A stretch of DNA of 64,000 nucleotides from NCBI GenBank assembly GCA_018401875.1, contig JAGYJZ010000008.1, forward strand, positions 67,090 through 131,089, read 5' to 3'. Source of the stretch: Salibacteraceae bacterium. Lineage in GTDB: Bacteria > Bacteroidota > Bacteroidia > Flavobacteriales_G > Salibacteraceae. The notes under the pieces were generated by a model. It was not told the origin of the DNA, did not search any database, and saw only the letters and a list, made by a program, of their open reading frames with translations. Positions 57,648-64,000 of the stretch are shown piece by piece; within the stretch, counting starts at the first letter, position 1; each line of letters opens with the position of its first letter. The position numbers and the translations under genes were made by a program.

Positions 57648-58937
57648 TTGATACTATCCATTCTTAAAGGTTTCTTGGGTCTAGGCGTGCTGGTAGGAAT
57701 CGGATGGCTATCGAGTAAGAATAGGCGCTCCATTGATTGGTCGCTGATCTTAAAGGGTATCGCGCTGCAACTTGTATTCGCAATTCTCGTGTTGAAAGTA
57801 GACTTCGTGGCTTCGGGTTTTGAATGGATGAGTAGAGCTTTTGTAAAGGTGATCTCATTTACACAGTTTGGAAGTGAATTCTTATTCAAATCATTCGTAT
57901 CCAACAAAATGGAAAACGCGGTGATCAGCTTTGCGTTCAATGTGCTTCCTACCATTGTTTTCTTTTCTGCACTCAGCAGCATTCTTTATTATTTGGGCAT
58001 TTTACAGCGCTTTGTATTTGCGTTTGCTTGGGTGATGAAGCGGCTGATGAACCTCAGTGGCGCTGAAAGTTTAGCTGCAGCGGGAAATATTTTTATGGGA
58101 CAAACCGAAGCACCGCTGCTCGTGCGACCCTACCTCGATAAAATGACGGAGTCAGAGATCATGTGTTTGATGTCTGGCGGTATGGCCACCATTGCTGGAG
58201 GAGTTTTGGCGGCTTACATCAATTTTTTAGGCGGTGATGACCCTGTGCAGCAAGTGCTGTTTGCCAAACACCTGCTCACTGCTTCTGTGATGTCTGCTCC
58301 GGCAGCAGTGGTTGCGGCAAAACTACTCGTGCCAGAAACGGAAAGTTTCGATCGCTCGATGGCGGTATCAAGCGAAAATAAAAGCTCCAATTTTTTAGAG
58401 GCCATTTCAAATGGAACAACAGACGGGTTAAAATTGGCCATCAATGTTGGTGCGATGCTGCTTGTTTTCACGGCATTGATCTACCTCGGAAACTATATTT
58501 TAGAAGATGGTATTGGGCACCTCACTGGCCTCAACGCCTTGATTTCAGAACATACAAACTACAGCGGATTGTCGTTTCAATTCATCATCGGTTATGCCTT
58601 TGCTCCGATTGCTTTTTTAATGGGGATCGATGCAGACGACATCGTATTGGTCGGTCAATTGCTGGGCGAAAAAACTATTTTAAATGAATTTTACGCCTAT
58701 GTCACCCTGGGTGACATGAAAGCCGAAGGCTTGTTTAAACACGAAAAATCCATCATCATGTCGACCTACATCTTGTGTGGTTTCGCCAATTTCGCTTCCA
58801 TCGGAATACAAATTGGCGGAATCGGAGCGCTGGCACCTACACGAAAAGGATTACTGAGTAAATTAGGACTGTATGCACTGTTGGGCGGAACAATAGCCTG
58901 CCTCTTCACAGCATCCATCGTTGGGATGTTCTATTAA
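57648..58937 (+). CDS. Concentrative nucleoside transporter (NupC/CNT family)
   Basis: NIFMGQTEAP, GMATIAG, NEFYAY, CGFANFASIGIQIGG. Confidence 0.93.
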   Translation: MILSILKGFLGLGVLVGIGWLSSKNRRSIDWSLILKGIALQLVFAILVLKVDFVASGFEWMSRAFVKVISFTQFGSEFLFKSFVSNKMENAVISFAFNVLPTIVFFSALSSILYYLGILQRFVFAFAWVMKRLMNLSGAESLAAAGNIFMGQTEAPLLVRPYLDKMTESEIMCLMSGGMATIAGGVLAAYINFLGGDDPVQQVLFAKHLLTASVMSAPAAVVAAKLLVPETESFDRSMAVSSENKSSNFLEAISNGTTDGLKLAINVGAMLLVFTALIYLGNYILEDGIGHLTGLNALISEHTNYSGLSFQFIIGYAFAPIAFLMGIDADDIVLVGQLLGEKTILNEFYAYVTLGDMKAEGLFKHEKSIIMSTYILCGFANFASIGIQIGGIGALAPTRKGLLSKLGLYALLGGTIACLFTASIVGMFY

Positions 58938-59005
58938 AAACTTCTTGAAAGGTTTTGGTTGCAGCTATTGCCATAATCGAATGAAGATTGGATTTTTGAA
59001 CCGAA

Positions 59006-59911
59006 ATGAAACAATACCACGATCTTTTAAAACACGTCCTTGAAAACGGCTCTGACAAAGCAGACCGAACCGGGGTTGGAACGCGCAGTGTATTTGGCTA
59101 CCAAATGCGCTTCAACTTAGAAGAGGGATTTCCGCTGGTGACTACAAAAAAAGTACACACGAAGTCTATCATTCATGAGCTGTTGTGGTTTATGAGAGGC
59201 GATACCAATTTGCAATACTTGGCGCAAAATGGAGTAAACATTTGGAACGACTGGCCCTACCAAAATTGGCTCAACCAGACCAACAGAGCTGTCAATTTTC
59301 CAAAATACTCAGACGCTTGGAAAAATGAAATGAAGGTGTTCGTAGAAAAGATAAAAACAGACAATCAATTTGCGAAGCAGTGGGGCGAACTTGGACCGGT
59401 ATATGGCAAGCAATGGCGTAATTTTAACGGATTCGATCAATTGTCGTGGTTGATTGACGAAATAAAACGCAATCCAAATTCGAGAAGGTTGATTATTTCG
59501 GCATGGAATGCTTCGGAGATTGAAGAAATGGCCAAAGCTGGACTTCCACCGTGTCATACACTCTATCAATTTTATGTCATCGATGGTAAACTGTCGTGTC
59601 AATTATACCAGCGCAGTGCCGATGTGTTTTTGGGTGTACCGTTCAACATCGCCTCCTATGCCCTTCTCACTATGATGGTTGCGCAAGTGTGCAATCTAGG
59701 TTTGGGAGATTTCGTGCACACGTTTGGTGATGCGCATTTATATTCAAACCATTTTGATCAAGCCCATGAGCAGTTGAGCAGGCCAACCCTACCATTACCT
59801 CAGATGAAGATCAATCCCGAAGTTAAAAACATCTTTGATTTTAGTTTTAAAGACTTCGAATTGGTGAATTACAACCCACACCCCGCCATTAAAGCATCTG
59901 TTGCCGTATGA
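59006..59911 (+). CDS. thyA: Thymidylate synthase
   Basis: [35 protein letters not shown]. Confidence 0.97.
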   Translation: MKQYHDLLKHVLENGSDKADRTGVGTRSVFGYQMRFNLEEGFPLVTTKKVHTKSIIHELLWFMRGDTNLQYLAQNGVNIWNDWPYQNWLNQTNRAVNFPKYSDAWKNEMKVFVEKIKTDNQFAKQWGELGPVYGKQWRNFNGFDQLSWLIDEIKRNPNSRRLIISAWNASEIEEMAKAGLPPCHTLYQFYVIDGKLSCQLYQRSADVFLGVPFNIASYALLTMMVAQVCNLGLGDFVHTFGDAHLYSNHFDQAHEQLSRPTLPLPQMKINPEVKNIFDFSFKDFELVNYNPHPAIKASVAV

Positions 59912-60408
59912 TCATTTCACTTATTGCTGCCGTTGGAAAAAACCGTGTGATCGGAGCGAATGGTGATTTGCCTTGGCAGCTTCCAGACGATATGAAATTC
60001 TTTTCAAAAACTACACGTGGCCACCATGTGTTAATGGGTCGAAAAAACTTTGAATCGATTCCAGAAAAATACCGCCCACTGCCGCACAGGCCAAACATTG
60101 TGGTAACTAGAAATAAAGCGTTTGAAGCACCAAACATCATAGTAGAATCTTCCATTCAGCGCGGAATTGAAAAGGCACGTGAAGCAGGAGAAACGGAGCT
60201 TTTTATTATCGGAGGAGGAGAAATATACAATCAAACCATCGCATTGGCCGATCGGTTATACATAACCCATGTGAATGCCAATCCCGATGGAGAAACCCTC
60301 TTCCCCGAGTTTGACGATACGAAATGGAGAAAAACAGAGCTATTGAACCATCCAAAAGATGATGTTCACAACTTGTCGTTCAGCATCTGCGTCTACGATA
60401 AAATATGA
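59908..60408 (+). CDS. folA: Dihydrofolate reductase
   Basis: [36 protein letters not shown]. Confidence 0.96.
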   Translation: MIISLIAAVGKNRVIGANGDLPWQLPDDMKFFSKTTRGHHVLMGRKNFESIPEKYRPLPHRPNIVVTRNKAFEAPNIIVESSIQRGIEKAREAGETELFIIGGGEIYNQTIALADRLYITHVNANPDGETLFPEFDDTKWRKTELLNHPKDDVHNLSFSICVYDKI

Positions 60409-60454
60409 TTCAATTTGATGAATCGTTAAATTTGTCTTCAACTTGCTGCCGAAA

Positions 60455-61321
60455 ATGACCAAAAGACGCTTTACTCTTTTTTCTAGTTTACTCTGTATCA
60501 TCAGTGTTTTAGCTGTTTTTTCAGGCTGCAACAAGTCTGATAGAGACGAGGATGTGGAAACAATCTCTGCGCGGGATTACGCTTTGGCCCATCATATTTT
60601 TGACGATGCTTTTAGGCAAGTTCATCGTTTTGCTATGGGCGACACACTGCTCAATGACACGAGTGTAAAGCAAACGTTGGATGTTTGTTTAGATCGCAGA
60701 ACCACATCTTTAAGTGATACGGTGGCTGTGTTTCCGCTGTTACTTAATTTAAACTATGCCGATAAGGGCACACCGTGTTATGACAATGGAACGAGGTATG
60801 GTAAAATACTCGCTTCGTTCAGCGGAAAGTATTTGAATAAAGGCACGGTCATTTCCTTTTCGTTTGAAGGCTATCGGAAGGACATCTACGATGTGAATGG
60901 GAAGCTTTTCGTTGAAAATGAAGGTGTAAACACCCAAGGTAGACGCTACTACACAGTTACTATTAAAGAAGGCCTAATCACTGGCCCTAACTTCAACATC
61001 AATTTAGATGGTGTCTTTGTGTATGAATGGGTAAGTGGGTCGAGCACTGATACTGAATTTGAAGATGATGTGTTTGAAATAACGAGCGGCAGTGTAACAG
61101 GTCGAAATTCGCGCGGAAGCAGTTTCACCAATGAGATAACTGCTGCCTACACGAGCGCCTTTACCTGCCCCCACTTCGTGACAGGTCGATCTGCCATGGA
61201 AGTTCAGAACTTAATCCCAAGGTCTCTGAATTATGGCAATATCACCACATGTGATAACATACTGATTTCAAGAAGGAATAACACGTACTTGGAGGTGGAA
61301 ATTCCGATTATGCAGCCCTGA
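60455..61321 (+). CDS. Hypothetical lipoprotein
   Basis: Lipobox FSGC; DYALA..IFDD, C.DNGTR.G, LNYG...CDN shared with 37616..38461. Confidence 0.72.
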   Translation: MTKRRFTLFSSLLCIISVLAVFSGCNKSDRDEDVETISARDYALAHHIFDDAFRQVHRFAMGDTLLNDTSVKQTLDVCLDRRTTSLSDTVAVFPLLLNLNYADKGTPCYDNGTRYGKILASFSGKYLNKGTVISFSFEGYRKDIYDVNGKLFVENEGVNTQGRRYYTVTIKEGLITGPNFNINLDGVFVYEWVSGSSTDTEFEDDVFEITSGSVTGRNSRGSSFTNEITAAYTSAFTCPHFVTGRSAMEVQNLIPRSLNYGNITTCDNILISRRNNTYLEVEIPIMQP

Positions 61322-62555
61322 GCTTTCTGAATGTACTCGAATCAAACCGCGACTTGGCGTAGTCTAAGGTTATTTTAAACTCCTCTGGTTTTTCTTCCAG
61401 TGAAGGCATTTCATACATGGCATCCATCATGATGGCCTCACAAATAGACCGTAATCCGCGCGCTCCCAACTTATACTCCATGGCCTTTTCTACAATGAAG
61501 TCAAGCACTTCTTTATCGATACTCAGCTTGATATTTTCCATTTCAAACAAACGCATGTACTGTTTTATAAGTGCATTTTTCGGTTCGGTTAAAATTCTTC
61601 GCAACGCAGGCGGATCAAGCGGGTTGAGGAAACCAATCAAAGGCAAACGACCAATGAGTTCAGGAATTAAGCCATAGTCGCGAAGGTCTGAAGGCGAAAC
61701 ATACTGCAGTAAGTTTTCTTTCTCTACCTCGCCATTATCCGTTTTACTTCTGTAGCCAATGGCCGCGGTATTCAACCTGCGAGAGATCAATCGATCAATC
61801 CCATCAAACGCACCACCGCAAATAAAGAGAATGTTTTTAGTGTTCACTTGAACCAACTTTTGCTCGGGGTGCTTGCGCCCGCCTTGCGGTGGAACTCCCA
61901 CCACAGAACCTTCGAGCAATTTTAATAAGCCTTGCTGAACTCCCTCACCACTTACATCACGTGTAATAGACGGGTTGTCGCTCTTTCTGCTGATCTTGTC
62001 AATTTCGTCAATGAACACAATACCGCGTTCAGCTGCCTCCACGTTGTATTCGGCTGCTTGTAGAAGACGGCTCAGAATACTCTCCACATCTTCACCTACA
62101 TAGCCCGCTTCGGTCAGCACTGTGGCGTCTGCAATACAAAAAGGAACGTTCAGAATTTTTGCAATCGTTTTTGCCAATAATGTTTTTCCCGTTCCCGTTT
62201 GACCTACCAAGATCATGTTACTTTTCTCGATACTCACGTCATCATCACTGTCTTCCTTCTGAGAAATTCGCTTATAATGATTATATACTGCAACGGCTAA
62301 ATTTCGTTTTGCCTCATTCTGGCCGATCACAAACTCATCGAGGTGAGCGCTGATGTCAGCTGGTTTAAGAAGATTCACATTACCTAGCACAGAATCGCGC
62401 AATCGCGTACTCATTTCTTCATCCACAATCCGCGAGGCTTGTTGGATGCAACGATCGCAAATATGACCTGTAATTCCTGCGATCATAACAGCGGTTTCAC
62501 GCTTATCACGACCACAAAAACTGCATTTTATTTGTTCCTCTGTGCTTTTAGCCAT
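61308..62555 (-). CDS. clpX: ATP-dependent Clp protease ATP-binding subunit ClpX
   Basis: CSFCGR zinc finger, [31 protein letters not shown]. Confidence 0.98.
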   Translation of the reverse strand: MAKSTEEQIKCSFCGRDKRETAVMIAGITGHICDRCIQQASRIVDEEMSTRLRDSVLGNVNLLKPADISAHLDEFVIGQNEAKRNLAVAVYNHYKRISQKEDSDDDVSIEKSNMILVGQTGTGKTLLAKTIAKILNVPFCIADATVLTEAGYVGEDVESILSRLLQAAEYNVEAAERGIVFIDEIDKISRKSDNPSITRDVSGEGVQQGLLKLLEGSVVGVPPQGGRKHPEQKLVQVNTKNILFICGGAFDGIDRLISRRLNTAAIGYRSKTDNGEVEKENLLQYVSPSDLRDYGLIPELIGRLPLIGFLNPLDPPALRRILTEPKNALIKQYMRLFEMENIKLSIDKEVLDFIVEKAMEYKLGARGLRSICEAIMMDAMYEMPSLEEKPEEFKITLDYAKSRFDSSTFRKLRAA

Positions 62556-62558
62556 GGC

Positions 62559-63239
62559 TTACTTTTTTCTAATCAATACTTCATCGATCATGCCGTAGTT
62601 CTTCGCTTCTTCAGATGTCATCCAAAAGTCGCGATCGCTATCTGCCCATACTTTGTCAATATCTTGACCAGAATGTTCTGCGATGATGTTGTACAGTTCG
62701 TCCTTTAGTTTTTTGATCTCTTTCGCTGTAATCTCGATATCTGAGGCTTGTCCTCCAACACCGCCCATGGGCTGATGAATCATCACCCGCGAATGCTTCA
62801 ATGCTGTGCGCTTTCCGTTTTGACCAGCACAAAGTATTACTGCACCCATGGAAGCCGCCATTCCGGTGCAAATGGTTGAAACGTCACATCCGATATACTG
62901 CATTGTATCATAAATTCCGAGACCTGCATACACCGATCCTCCGGGGCTATTGATATAAATCTGAATATCCTTGGCTGAATCGGCAGATTCTAAGAACAGC
63001 AGTTGTGCTTGAATGATGTTCGCGATAAAATCATCGATGGGCAAGCCCAAGAAGATGATTCGATCCATCATCAATCGAGAAAACACATCAACTTCTCTAA
63101 AGGGCATTGGGCGTTCCTCAATCACTGTGCGTGTCATTGACTCAGGCTTACTGGTCGCTTTCACGTAATCATCTACCGCCAAACCACTCATTCCCAAGTG
63201 GTTTACCGCATAATTTCTAAATTCTTTTCCGTTTGTCAT
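62559..63239 (-). CDS. clpP: ATP-dependent Clp protease proteolytic subunit
   Basis: DVFSRLMMDRIIFLG, YINSPGG, MAASMG, MIHQP, DRD. Confidence 0.98.
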   Translation of the reverse strand: MTNGKEFRNYAVNHLGMSGLAVDDYVKATSKPESMTRTVIEERPMPFREVDVFSRLMMDRIIFLGLPIDDFIANIIQAQLLFLESADSAKDIQIYINSPGGSVYAGLGIYDTMQYIGCDVSTICTGMAASMGAVILCAGQNGKRTALKHSRVMIHQPMGGVGGQASDIEITAKEIKKLKDELYNIIAEHSGQDIDKVWADSDRDFWMTSEEAKNYGMIDEVLIRKK

Positions 63240-63240
63240 T

Positions 63241-64000
63241 TTAGAATTTTAAAAGGTTTGAAACCTGATCCATAAATTTCCCTTTGCCAGTTTTGCTGGA
63301 GGCTAATTTAACGAATTCATCAAAGGTCACCTCTTTTTCCTGAAGCTTCACAGTATTCTTATAAAATTCGGTGATGCGTTCGTCTAAAAGTTGGTCGTAC
63401 ACTTTTCTTACTTCTTCTTCTTTCTGCAGGAAATTCTGCGCAAATTGGTCGAGCATACTGTCTTCTACTTCGCCTTGACCGAAGCTGGCAAACTGCGCCT
63501 TGATATTTGCCTTTACGCGGTCTTGAATATCGGTGAATTCGATCTTAATCTCATTCTGCTTTGCGATTTGCGACTCGATAAGCTGAACCCTAAGCATTCG
63601 GCTATAATCAGCGTATTCACGATCGATATCTTCCTGAGTAATTGGCTTTTCGGGGTTTTGAGCACCTTGTTCGAGCAACCATCGCTTGATGAATTCATCG
63701 GGTAAACTCAACTTTTGACGCTCGAGAAGCTTGTCGTGAATATCTCTTCTCAATTTTTTCTCACTATCGCCCTTGAGGTAATTTTCCAAGTCCAGGGCAA
63801 TTTTCGCTTTGAATTCTTCGGTTGTCTTTGCGCTACCCGGTCCTACCACTTTATCGAAAAGCGCTGCATTGAGCGGGTGCAATTCAATATTGCTAATCGA
63901 GTCAATGGTCAATTCATACTCTTTGGCAACGCTTTCTAATTCAGACACAGGCACGCCAAGCATTTGCGATAAATCCACATCACCTTTGGCCAATTTAGCA
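63241..64000 (-). CDS. tig: Trigger factor, C-terminal part (5' end beyond window)
   Basis: LPDEFIKRWL, EKEVTFDEF; canonical position upstream of clpP-clpX. Confidence 0.88.
   Translation of the reverse strand, partial: AKLAKGDVDLSQMLGVPVSELESVAKEYELTIDSISNIELHPLNAALFDKVVGPGSAKTTEEFKAKIALDLENYLKGDSEKKLRRDIHDKLLERQKLSLPDEFIKRWLLEQGAQNPEKPITQEDIDREYADYSRMLRVQLIESQIAKQNEIKIEFTDIQDRVKANIKAQFASFGQGEVEDSMLDQFAQNFLQKEEEVRKVYDQLLDERITEFYKNTVKLQEKEVTFDEFVKLASSKTGKGKFMDQVSNLLKF

Overview
Chromosomal segment of a Bacteroidota (most likely Flavobacteriales) bacterium, judged from TAnnTTTG -7 promoter elements, A-rich start regions without Shine-Dalgarno sites, T9SS cargo proteins and typical gene order (rsgA-dtd...mazG, etfB-etfA-DUF151-nupC-thyA-folA, tig-clpP-clpX). 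Most of it is housekeeping. No rRNA, tRNA, CRISPR array, transposase or integrase was seen. The best unexplained signals are: (1) two tandem, unannotated ~60-67 nt sibling sRNA candidates (53181-53392) with an identical 23-nt 5' segment and different terminators, one starting exactly at +1 of a perfect sigma-54 promoter, with a seed that reads as the antisense of a Bacteroidota start-codon region; (2) a 50-aa ORF missed by the ORF track that carries the FhuF-type C-C-x10-C-x2-C motif directly behind a Fur-box-like palindrome; (3) a tandemly duplicated cassette of a 14-Cys secreted mini-protein plus a T9SS type-B protein, with mosaic near-identical blocks; (4) a persulfide/sulfur cluster with three Crp-like boxes, each exactly 21 nt from a degenerate -7 element, interrupted by a T9SS/toxin-antitoxin/T9SS insert; (5) a structured intergenic element with a possible H-type pseudoknot. 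Three genes carry lesions (two in-frame stops, one scrambled block) that may be sequencing errors. All product calls come from motif recognition by eye, without database searches.
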